DNA from: Narcine bancroftii
Lineage: Eukaryota
Assembly: GCF_036971445.1 (NCBI RefSeq)
Contig: NC_091470.1
Location: 106,702,001 to 106,766,000, forward strand
Direction: 5' to 3'
DNA: 64,000 bases
Below the pieces are notes generated by a model that had not been told where the DNA came from, ran no database searches, and saw nothing but the letters and a program-made list of their open reading frames with translations. Positions within the stretch are counted from its first letter, which is position 1, and every line of letters begins with the position of its first letter. A program made the translations under genes and the position numbers. Shown here piece after piece: positions 52,411 through 64,000 of the stretch.

Positions 52411-55400
52411 CTGCAATGAGAAATTCAGATTTAAATTGGAGCGACCTGTGGGTTTGGGAGGTGGGAATGAGGACTTCATAGGGCGGCAGTCAACAATTTA
52501 ATGAAACTGAACGGAAATAGAACCGACGGCAAATGAAGAGTCTCTTTGGAACCATTTTGCAGAAAATGGTTTGAGATTCGCACCTGTTTTTTCTTTGTTT
52601 ATGTAACTATAATCAACCCCCGGTAACTAATAATTCAGATCCTCCCTTAATATAAAACGAAAATAGATTTCAGATCTGCTGACACCAGGAAGGTATTTCT
52701 CCCGTGAGTGGATTAGTTTTCTACAGTGCGGCTGGTAATGAATCTGCTGCTGCCATCGTCATGGGACAATTTGCTGCATTAGTGGGATTTCGGCCCGTCG
52801 AGATATCAGCTAGATTTGTGATCGATCAGTTGAGGACATCGACATTCGCCTTTGCCCGTTTATCTGGAAAGTTGCTGTAATGCCTTTCTATTTATTCCAG
52901 TGGAAATTGCCTGGTGGAGAAGAACCCCTCTTTCCCTCCTCCACTGTTGATGTTTCTGGCGCTCATTCTCTTTCGAGCTGAGATTCTCATTTTAATTTGA
53001 AATCCAATAAGCCAAGTTCCATATGGCACACGTTAATTTTAAGGGTTCTGCTTCCTGCTGTTGAATTCTAAGGGATGAAGAGCAAGTTAATTTCACGGAG
53101 ACGTACAGCACGGAAGAGCTCGCTCGGCTCAACACATTCAGGCGGAACAAGTTGGCAATTGTGCTCGGTACCTTTTGCTGGCAATTCGTCAGCCGTTCCT
53201 GTGCATGTTCCTGTCCAAATGTCTTTTGCACGTAAACAAAATACCGCTTCTACAGTCTCTTTAAGCACCGTTCCAGGCAGGGACGGTCGTCCGAGTGCAG
53301 AGTTCCCCCTCAGGTTCCCTTTAAACCTCAGCCTGAACCCCTGGCCTCCAGTTCGAGATTCGTCTATTCAGTGATAAAAGGACTGTGAGCATTCACTTTA
53401 CTAATGCTCCTCGTGAATGTCAGGTCGCCTCCAAGGCTCCTTTGCTCGTGGAACAAAGGCACAGCGCATCTAACATATTACTCTGTCTTTTGCCCTCTTG
53501 TCCATGCACCTTCCTCGTGAATCTCCTTTGCATTTTCACGAAGATTTTCTTGTTCTTCCTGCAAATAAACAACCAGAATTCTTGTCTCACTCACATCTTG
53601 TACAACTAGACTATGTGGACTCGACTTTGGACGGACACTGCACCCATGCCTGCCTGACTCCTCCATTCGCAGTCCACCAATCAGAACTACACCCAAACAC
53701 CAAGCAAGACTGTCCCATTCCTCCAAAACCAATCTTGATTCCAACCAGACAACTCCTCTGTTCCCGAGATCTAGCCTCCCAGACGAAGCTGCCATATAGG
53801 ATTTTGTCAAAGCCAAAATATACAACATCCACTGCACAGCGCTTGAACGTCTTCGCCACATTTTCCAAATATATCTTCTTTCCTCAACATTATCTTCTAC
53901 AGAATTATTATTTTTCCATGTCCGGCTATCTGAATGTGGAAACTGAGGTTACGTTGTATTTTCGGATTTACTTGCGGAAAATTCGTGAACACTATTACAA
54001 GGATTTGACAAAGTGGGTGCATTTTTGCAGCTCGGTCTCATGGATCGGAAGGGCCTGTTATTGGGTTGTTATCTCAAAATTTATATTTCAACGTGTACAC
54101 CTTTTTTCTGTCCCAGATTATCCGAAACGGATAGGAACAATTTGCACGCAGGCTTGAGTGCTCTTTCAGACGTTGCTCAGGTAATAGGCGCTTACTCTCG
54201 AAATGTCATTTTCTTTTGGTTCTGTGGGAAATACTAGTTTTATTTTACAACTTCAAGGCCTTTGTTCACTTTTTCCCTCCTATCATATATACTGATTATA
54301 TTCGCTCAGAGAGATTGAACAATGAGTTACTGACTGCTAAAATACAGACACTCTTTATTTTAGAGACTAATCTCACTCCAGAATGATATGTACATGTCAG
54401 ACCCATCCCCACATTGGAGAATATATTTTGTCTGGCGTGCTTCACGATTCTATTAAAATTTCAAGCATGTTAAATCAATATTATTCCATCTCTGCGATTT
54501 TGTAACATTATAAGATTCTAATTATTTACTCGTAACGATTGAAATTGGACTGATCAGCACTTTGGGTCGAGACAGAGCCAAGAGTCATCACATTTGTTTT
54601 ATTTAACCGCTCGTTATATCCCTTCATCCAAACACTCTCCACGTATGTCCATCAACTCTCCCTTGTTCTTTTTCGCGCTTCCAATAAACAGTCATTGATG
54701 GCAACCAATTAGCCTCCCGACTCGCAACCTATTGCCTGTGGGTGGAAGCCACGGTACCCGGAGACACCTGCAAGAACAGCGGGAGAACCTCGGAGGTTCG
54801 CGCACAGTACACAGCGCCGGAGGTTAACATTGGATCAGAATCGCTACAACATGATTGAGGGGTCAGGCCCGACACTGTGGTTACCCGTCACTCGCCATGG
54901 ATGTTGCATAACCTGTTGGGTTTCTCCAGCAGTATTCCTATTACATTTCACGCGACATCGAGTTCCCGGTGCAGCATTAATAAAATTGAAAAGAATTTAA
55001 ATGTAAGAGGTCTGTTCGTTACGGAGAGCTGCAGCCTGACCCAGTTGTAATCCTGTGGTCAATTGATGTCTGGAGGTTGCACGTGCTCCCTTTGACAGCG
55101 CTGGTACCCCCTCACGCAACAACGATGAGCACGAAGATAGATTAATTGGGCAATGTAAATTCTCCTTCCTCTGGTAGAAAGAGTTTACCTGAATATTATT
55201 GATATTAATCGTGAAATGCGTGACTGTTGCTCGGAGCGGATTCGGAAAGACCTCGGTTCTCTATCCATGCGCCTTAGCTCCACCGCTCACCACGGCATTT
55301 CCCTGCACTCGGTTTTAGATATTTAGAAATATCATGGAGTAAATCCGTCAGTTAAGGAACATCATGATATAATGAAAATTTGAACAAACAATGTCAACTT

Positions 55401-58400
55401 TCAATACAAATGATGTAAACTTTTAAAAATTCATTTTGCATGAGTGTTACTCTGGGACTCATTTTCCTACATGTTTCACAGAGAAATATTTGTGTTACAG
55501 ATTTCGCATCTCCAAAGCTATGTTCATTAATTAGCTAAGAAAACACGTTTTTACGATCTAAACGTTTTTGGCATCTATAGCAATATATATTAAGGAACAC
55601 AAAGACAGTTAGGGACTTTAGCCATCTGAATGACACGTCATCTTAACAGCAAAATCTTGGCGATCAGAATGAAATAAAAATACAAGGCGGAGAACAGCTG
55701 AGAATGGACATTATTTGTAAACACAAGGTATAGTGTAAATGGGAAAACAGTGATCACACTCCTGTTAGGTCGTGTTAGGGTAAAAGTTGGGAAACGACAA
55801 ATCTTGTTCAGACAAACGAGCATGGAGCAGGCAATGCCCGAAACCTTCCCTTTAACACAGTGAGCATTTGTTGTTAATGGAGATTAACATATAATTAAAC
55901 ATGAACTGTCCAATTTGAGTAAGTAAGCCACCGACCGAGAAGCGCACTCAATATTCCTGTCAAGGAAGGGGAAGGAGATTAAGAAGCAAGGGTTCATGTC
56001 TGCCTTAATTTAGGCTCCCAAGTGAAAAGATGGTGAGAGACATTGACCGTGTGGATGTCGAAAAACACAGTCCCATGGCTGAAATGACCAATAACAGGGG
56101 GAACAGCTTTTTGTTGCTTGGGCTAATTAAAAGGAGCATGGACGAGGTGAGTTTTGTCACGTAGAATCTGGGGAGTGCAATGAATGATCTATCCGTAAGG
56201 ATTTCGGGAGGGTCGTGCAATAAAATAGAATAGACTATTAGATGGGGCCATGGACTGAGAAAAATGAAGGGCGATGCAGTAAGGAAACTATCGGCATTTG
56301 TTGGAGTAAAGAGCTGAAGTGTTAATTCTAAGCTGGAAAATTCTGTTCTATGAGAGGAATCTTCAAAAAAGAGAAAAACAACATCGATAAACACAACGGA
56401 CTCGGAAGCTCTTGAGAGAAGAGACGCCCGCAAGAATTGATGGCGCTGACAGAGCTGCTTTGACGTCTGCGCTGCCCCCGCTGCCGAACGATGGAGTGCG
56501 TGGAGCGGAGATACAGCATTCCCCTCGGGGTCCAAACTCCCAGTGTGACTATTGCGCTGCGGACAAGCTTTACACGGCCTATAAATGGAGCCGACGGTGG
56601 TTTTATTTGAAAATCTGGCGCCCGCGGTGTCTGGCCCAAGATGACGGAGCCTGTGATCGGCAGCAGCCCCGAGGAGTTGCAGACTCCAGCGAGCACGAGA
56701 AAACGGGAGACGACTCCCCACGACCCCCCCCCCCCCCCCTCCACCCAGCCTCTCTTCGTTTCGAAGCTGAGGCAGAGTTGACTACCCACAGAAGGGTGAC
56801 CAGGCCGGCGGAACAGTGAGGAGTTCAGAGTTTGAAGAACACACAGACGACAGTCTGTTGATGATTCAGGGCCAAGAATCTGTGCAGGATGGGGACTGCT
56901 GGTGACTTCGGTCGAAGGGTTCACATCAGGCTGCGGACTGCTGAAGACTGGCTCGAGTCTGGCTGAAGGGACAACCGGTAATAGATCCAGGATGCGAGAG
57001 GGTAGGGCGGGCACCAGATGTTTCCTGACCGTGTCGGAAGTTCCGAGATGGAGCTCCGGCTGCGGATGGTTTGGACTGGAATCTATGTAGCTGCAGGAAG
57101 GCTGGAGAAGACTCCGCGGACACTCGGGGTCTCTGGGGAGATTCACCTTTGCTTCTCGTTCTCTGACTTTACGAAGTAGAGCTAAGCAAATTGCATGTAA
57201 TATTTCACATGACGGAAAGGAACCTTGAGTTATCTTTCGGTCTGTTCTGCTGCCAATTTTGTTTAATATTCACTATTGTTCTGACATCAGATGCCGTTCT
57301 CCTGATGAGAATGACACTGAACTGTCTATCCAACGATTTCTGCTTCAGTTTATGAAGAACAGAAGAATCCAGTCGCCATTTGTCACCAAATTGACTAAAC
57401 ACCTTTCACCTGAATGCAGCTCGTGGAAAGACATTTGGAGGAAAACTCAAAACAACACTTAACGTTATTTTCTGCACTAACTCGGGAAGATTAAAACCAA
57501 ATATTTGTCGGTTTTCTCCGGGCGCACCAAAGGGCAAACTGGATATTTGATTTGAAACATAATATCATACGTTTGAGGAAAACGGATAACAAATTAAACT
57601 CCGCCACTCTTTAGAAATGTCAGTGGCACTATCCTCCCAAATGTGCGTTTAGGATTAATCTCTATTTAATGTGAATGATGTGATGATTCTCAATCAGGGT
57701 CACATTTAATCATGCAAAATGTAAACCTTTCTCAATAATATAATTGTAAATATATTAGTTTAACATCGTCAGTCCCTGCATCGCATGGTGGGTAGAATGA
57801 GATCGACACTAAGTATCAGCGTGAGGAATGTGTTCACCGAGTCAGTCAGCCGCAGCTGCAGGTTCGGCTCTGTTCTCACACGCTGAGCTTACCCACTCCG
57901 GTCTCTGAATTCACTGTGACCCTGCAATGATTCTCCCTCTACCTCGTATGAACCATCCTATTCGAAGATGATCTCACACAAGTCACCTCTGCGGAATTCC
58001 ACTCTTGCCAGAAATATTGATGGGTATTTAAAATATCACCATCAATGTCAAGAAATCCAAATATTTCTAAAGTCGCCGGCTGAAATGAACAAGCGTATAA
58101 TAACAAGCAAATCAGTAAGAGTTTTCATGGCCTGGAAAGGAGGCAAATCATTTCACTGTCTATTCTCGGGGTCAGGAATTAAATTGGCTTAACGTTCCGA
58201 TTCTTCCTGTTCTTGTGCCCTTAATATAAAAGATAAGGCAAATCACCAATTAGATGGGTGAAAGATTCACCGCTCAAGGACATATTTACCATGGAAAAGA
58301 TATTTCACCACAATGGAAACATTCAGAGACAAAAAGAAATGTTGCTTCCTCTGTTTCTCGATGTTCTATAAGTTAACAATCAATTTAAGCGAAGCTCAAT

Positions 58401-58461
58401 TTTAATTATGACAACGTTGCAAATAAAAACCGGATTCCATCAATATTCATAACAAACTCAC

Positions 58462-58507
58462 AGTTCCAGTTGATCAATCTCATCAGTATCAAGAAGGGCC
58501 GCAGCAT
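58462..58507 (-). CDS. Candidate first coding (leader) exon of the SRCR receptor: MLRPFLILMRLINWN, phase 1
   Basis: ATG, hydrophobic stretch, then a GTGAGT donor. It is 46 nt, in phase with the 33-nt exon at 52378-52410, and has a TATA-like box ~96 nt upstream. The h-region is weak, and linkage to the SRCR gene is inferred. Confidence 0.55.
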
Positions 58508-58602
58508 TCTCCCGGTGGTCATTTACTGTGACGGCTTGAACATGATCCCTGAAGCAGTTTCTCCAAGATTTCTGATATTCCACTTCATCTGAGACTGAAT
58601 TA

Positions 58603-58617
58603 TTTTATAACTTCCTG
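58603..58617 (-). promoter_or_regulatory. Putative core promoter: ETS-type CAGGAAGT abutting TATAAAA
   Basis: Minus strand reads GGTCAGGAAGTTATAAAA ~96 nt upstream of the candidate ATG; a CCAAT lies ~30 nt further upstream. Confidence 0.4.
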
Positions 58618-61600
58618 ACCTCTATCTCATGTTATACCATGACCAATAAAAAAATAATCCTTTGACTGAAATAAGGCGTGAACTGCAGTCTGTATGAATG
58701 AACCAATGGGAAACCACCTGCCAATTCATGGTAATAACAGGGTCATCGTTTTGCTTCCCCCTCTCCTGAGAAACAAATGGCTCGAGTGAGTCTGTGCAGA
58801 GACGCAACTTAAACTTGTACCAAGGAGCATACAGAAAGTGAAGCGTACTCTCTTGCAAAGAGTGTATTCAAGGTCTTTTGGGTACTTTCTGTGACTCTCA
58901 TTTCCCCGTAATACCTCCCACCCTTACCTACCGCACTTAATAGCGCTGAATCCCCATCTTGCTATTCTGAACAACCTCTTTCCAACATCTCACAAGGCCG
59001 AACGTCGCATTTTGTTACATATTCAAGGGGCTTAAAAAAACAAAACAGCAGAAATCTCTCGTTCATTTTATTCTTCTGAATACTTGGATGACGCATCCAC
59101 TACAGACTGACCTTACATAGAGCGCGGCGAGTAAAAAATAAATGTAAAGTCCAGGATAAGCACAAATATTTTCGCGACGTTGCTGATTCTTTCGAGGTGG
59201 ACGGATGATCTCCAGCCCAAGTAATCCTTCATATTTCTGCTAAAAAAATATTTCCATATAGTGCACATTCTCTCCCACCACCTTTTCTTTTCCCGGTATT
59301 GCTATTCCTAACCAGTGCAATGAATTTGCTTTATTGACATTTTCCCTGGATCAATGCAGGAACGTGCTGGGGAAAGTCAGCAGGTCACCCAGCATCGATA
59401 GGAACCAAAGTCTAACCAACCTTTCCGGGCTGGGCACTTCGTCATGTCTGATGATGGATTGCCTCAGATGCTGCGTGACCAGCTGAATTTTACTGCACAT
59501 TTGTGTCTTGAACTTGAATCCAGGTTCTGCAGATATTATTTTTCTTTATCCCGTGGTAGAATTTTCCATGTGCTCAAAATCACTTTTTCATCATTCTTCT
59601 TCCTCTTTTTGAGAAAGTGGTGAAATTCTAGTGTCAATTTCTTATATGTGATGTCGGGGAATTGGCCAACGCGGTCAAACTTTCTTTCATTACAGGAAAC
59701 TGTATCCAGCTGTCAGGATGCAAAATAGAGTTCTTTCTGTGTTCTTTCCACTCCACCATGGTTAACAGGCTTCCCGACGTTATCTCACATTTCCCTGTGC
59801 TTGGGTAAGTCCGGAAGATGCCCGTTTGACCACCACTTTCTCCAAAGATATTCAGCCATGCTATTGTGGCAAATCCACTTTCTCATAGGCTAATTGCTTT
59901 AAAATCAATTTAAATGTGAAATGACACGGACATAACTGAAAATCATCCCAATGTACAAAGAGAACAAATTACCATGATGTAAATCTGCAATGGTAGTAAC
60001 ATACAGCAGGCCAGGAATGCTTGATGAATAAAATGTGTCAAGTCCTTGCCTTTGACTTTCCACTTCCTCCAACAATAGTGCTGACAGTGAATGGATACGA
60101 GGTAGTGCTGAGGTAAATGAAAGGGTAACGTGAGCAGAGACAGAAGGTAAGGAATGTTCATAGTAAGACAGACTGTGTACACTATAGAATGAATAGATGG
60201 TCCATTCAATGCATATGGGAGCAGTGTTTAGATACTGAAAGTTATGAATTCACTGTTGCATCACAAAATATGTGATCAACCATCAGGAATGTAGATGAAA
60301 ATTATTCCCAGATTATTTTGATTTTCTTGAAACAGAATATCCTCTCAGTGAAAGTGGGAATGAAATGAAAATGAAAGAGGTATGTTCAGTAGCTGAACAA
60401 TATTGGGAAAGAAAAGAAGTCGTGAAAGAAAAGTATGTTATAAATATTGTGGGAAATATCTCAGCCTGTGTCTTAGCTACAGTCAACAGTGACTCTTCCA
60501 ATTCAATCGGCACCACTTTTCACCTTTCCCTTTTCCAATCGGATTCTATTCCAACCTTTCAGAAAAGCAATGGTTTTGTTTTCTCCTCACTGGCCAGTAG
60601 GGTCAACCAAATCTCTGGGTGTTTTTCCAAATGCAATCATGAACACAAATCTCCTCTTCCAACCGCAATGTCTACTGCATTAATGATACTTTCGCAGAAA
60701 CAGTATTGTTCTATTAATTTCATGAAAGACTATCTGCATTACAAGGAGCTAAATCTTAGTAAGTATTTGAGCAGATAGAGTATTTCTAAGGAAACAAATG
60801 TCAATTTATAACATCAGTGGTGAATGCAAAAAAGCTAATCAACTTGGGAAAGGAAGATAATGTTCAATCATTGCATCGTGGATAAATTTATAAAAGAGAA
60901 CACACAAACATGAAGGTCATGTTAACTTTTGGAATGATGTTTAATACGTGATTCTTCGTTTGCTTTTTGTGAATTACACTTTATAGAAGACTGAGCAAAA
61001 ACAGTTCAGGCTAACAATAAAAAAACATATTTTAGTGATACAGACATTAGAGAAACTGTCCTCTTGAGGTTGACTCAGAGATTCAGTTTATTTTTTTTTT
61101 ACAACGCATTCATTTATATTCACCAAGACATCTTTTGCTGAGTGATGTTTTATTTCATTAATCCTTCTTCTGTCCTCAACGTGCCGTAGTCTGTGTGTTA
61201 TTGTGACCACACAGATACATCTTTCAGACAGGAATTCATTTTCGGTATTGTTGCTGCATTTTCCTATTTGGATTGACCACTTTGTCTATTGTCAGATATA
61301 TGTGTTTATTCTACTCACACTGCAACCAGCATCTGGTATTTTTCCATTGTGGTGATATATTAGCTGAACAGGCACACTCAGAATTACTTGAAAATAACCT
61401 TGCCTCATATTTCCCGCATGGTTTTGGAATCACTGACACGTTTGTAGAAATCATAGTTTTTCAATAGCAATGACCTTTAACTTGTCTTCTCTTCAAGCAA
61501 CTGGAGATGTGCTTCCAAAATAGTAATTTTTTAGCATTGCACCTAATATCTTAAAACTTACAATAGTTAGTGGCACATACATTGGCCGCTATTTTTCTAT

Positions 61601-64000
61601 CTATTTTTTCAAATCATTTAAATGTGTAATTGGACAATTCACAATGCAATCTTGAACATGAGGACCAGAATTATGCCAATGATATTCAAAGAAGCCATTA
61701 GCAGATGGATAAATAAACAGAAATGATAAGGAATATCGACCAAAGATTAGGATTACCAAATCATCTGTTGGAACATCATTAAGAAGAAAGAGCACTGTGG
61801 CGGCATAGTAATCACAAAGAGATTGGAGGCCAAGAAAGGCAACCAATCTAATAACACAGGAATTCTCATAACACCTGTCTGGAAGAGCAGAAGCACACTT
61901 CAGGAGACAGGTGTAAATGACTACTGTTCACAGAAGGCTTCATGAAAAGAAACACAGAGGTTAATCTGCAAGATCCAAACCATTAATTAATTACTGAAAC
62001 AGGATGGCCAGTTTACATTTGGCCAAAAGGTATACAAAAGAGCCAGTAAAAATTTGTGCATAGGTCTTCTGGTCAGAGGAGACAAAGATTAACTGTTTCA
62101 GGTGGATGGCAAGTGCAAACTGTGTAGGCATGAAGGAACTGCCCAAAATCTAAATCAAACCACTTCATCTGTGAAAAATGGTGATGTGAAAAATGGGCTG
62201 GATATTTATGGCTGCACAAGAACTGCCAATGTTACCTTTAATGATTATATAACTTCTGATTGCAATAGCAAAATCAATTCTGAGGTACTTCAAACATCCT
62301 ATCTGCTCACGTTCGAGCAAATGCCTGCATACTCATTCAATGGTCCTACCGAAATACACTGATCCCAAACATATTGCTAAAGCAACAAATGGCTTTTTTA
62401 AAGCTAAGAAATGGAACCTTCTCACTTGGGTCATGAATCAAAAGATAATTGAGCATGCTATGCCAGTCCTGAAGAGAAAATATCAGGAGAGACGCCCCCA
62501 ACACAAGTAGGAGCTGAAGATGGCCACAGTCGTGGGCTGGCAGAGCATCAACGGAGATGATCTCTGCACCTGGTGATGTCCCTGAATCACAGAACTCAAG
62601 CAATCAATTCATGCATGCAAGGGAGTCAAAACAAAGTACCAGACTGACAACATTAACATGGATATTATTGCCATGACCCAAACTGAATCATGTACTGAAA
62701 TGAGGAGTTTATGAAGAAAATATGCTGTAATTTTGACATAATCATAATGAAATGAACACATATACTCTTTAATAAAATCTGGAATGTGCACTTTAATCAC
62801 ATGTGAATTGTTTGATTACAAATGTAAAACTGTGGATCACAGAAGAATATAAACAAATAAAATTGTGTGTTTCTCCAAACCATTATGGAGTGCACTTTAA
62901 AAGTCTCAGTAAAATTTGTTTTGCAGTTCAGCTGGCAGGAAGCACCTGACATTGTGGTATGTGACATGTTTCTCTTTTATTTGCCTTCTCCCCTGAAACA
63001 GCGATATGCTGATATATGTTTGTTTGCTTGCAGATCTCTGAATCTTCCCAGTTCTACTCCAGACATTTAATCCAAATGCCAAAGTCAATTTTTTCCAGTC
63101 TATTGCTGAAGGAATGGCATGAGGTAAACGACAGTATTTTTTAAATGAGATGCTTTTCACAATTTTAGGCACATCCATTGTTCTTCTCTGATGATCCAGA
63201 AACAATAATAAGTGTATGTCCAACATGTGCTCACAGCTAATAATGGATAATATAGATAACATCCTTCTGAACCTTGCAATCCGCATATCCTTGTTCCAAT
63301 GAGTGAACCAGAATTGTTTGCAATACTTCCAATGCGCCCAAACCACATTTTGGTACAACATTTATACCCAATGGCTCCACTGATGCAGGAAGGTTTGGCC
63401 TCCATTTTGGACATCTTTAACCCCACCTTTTCAACTAAAGGTTTGAAGAATAAAACATAAGCATTGCAGTGTCCAAAGCAGGAAGTACTAGAGTTCACGT
63501 ACTTCCCACACGAGTATATTAATGGTAAATCTCTTAAAGAACAAAAGGAGGGTGTTTTCTGAAACAGATTGACTCTGCTCAACAGACGATGCATCTCATG
63601 TACTCTAAACGAGGAGTTCTATTTTCCAGAACTGGTCCTGCCTTTTCTTCTGTTTAGTTATTGATCTCTAGCAACAAGCAGCAACAAACATTTTGCAGTG
63701 ACTGCAACCTTGAACTGGACAGAACAGCATAATGTTTGAAAGTGCACATCTTACACAAGGATAATGCAAACAGGAAATCTAAATTTTCCTCGGATCAGAC
63801 CGAAATATCCCTTAATATTTAACAATAGCCAGTTTAACTGCCACCCCCACAGAAGCTAATGTTGGATAACATTTCAGATCAAATCATATCACAACAGATT
63901 TATGATGAAGTAATACAAAAGAAATGTACAGTACCCTGCATAATATTTGGAGAAAAAGACAAGAGTCTCCTTCATTTTCCCTTGGACTTCACATTTTTAA

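Larger units (their letters stand above)
55225..64000 (+). repeat. Segmental/tandem duplication copy B (matches 1-8778)
   Basis: Collinear near-identity with 1-8778; both outer ends are cut by the window. Confidence 0.98.

Noticed and set aside
54196-54221. 26-nt segment with good acceptor and donor (ttcccacag/gtaagc)
   Set aside because: Phase is incompatible with both the leader (creates TAA) and the 33-nt exon; could be UTR or cryptic, but unsupported.
56328-57146. 272-aa Pro/Ser-rich minus-strand ORF (and overlapping 238-aa ORF)
   Set aside because: Broken by a TAG (1713-1715) and indels in the near-identical copy A; no recognisable domain; overlaps repeat-like GC-rich sequence.

Overview
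Eukaryotic, repeat-rich vertebrate DNA. The repeat families (CR1, L1/Tx1-like, Penelope, V-SINE-like, Tc1) suggest a cartilaginous fish; this is inference. The main content is one apparently complete multi-exon gene on the minus strand. It encodes a type I membrane receptor of the group-B scavenger receptor cysteine-rich class (CD163/WC1/SCART-like). I read a candidate leader exon (58462-58507), a 33-nt exon, seven single-exon SRCR domains (all phase 1-1, GT-AG), a Cys-containing linker exon, a stalk exon, a TM exon and Tyr-motif cytoplasmic exons. These splice in frame to about 911 aa (2736 nt by my exon sum). Bases 1-8778 are nearly identical to 55225-64000, so the gene lies in a tandem array with a period of about 55.2 kb, and the 5' end of the next copy is at the left edge. 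An older internal duplication (~14200-20150 vs ~20160-34585) left a second, still-open set of cytoplasmic-tail exons that lacks the TM and YETI/YEDI exons. The introns hold many dead transposons. The clearest is an L1-type insertion with a 17-bp TSD and a twin-priming-type 5' inversion, with a CR1 nested inside it. An N-gap (51074-51271) could hide more exons. No prokaryotic systems, CRISPR arrays or RNA genes were seen. All exon calls are manual and have no transcript support.
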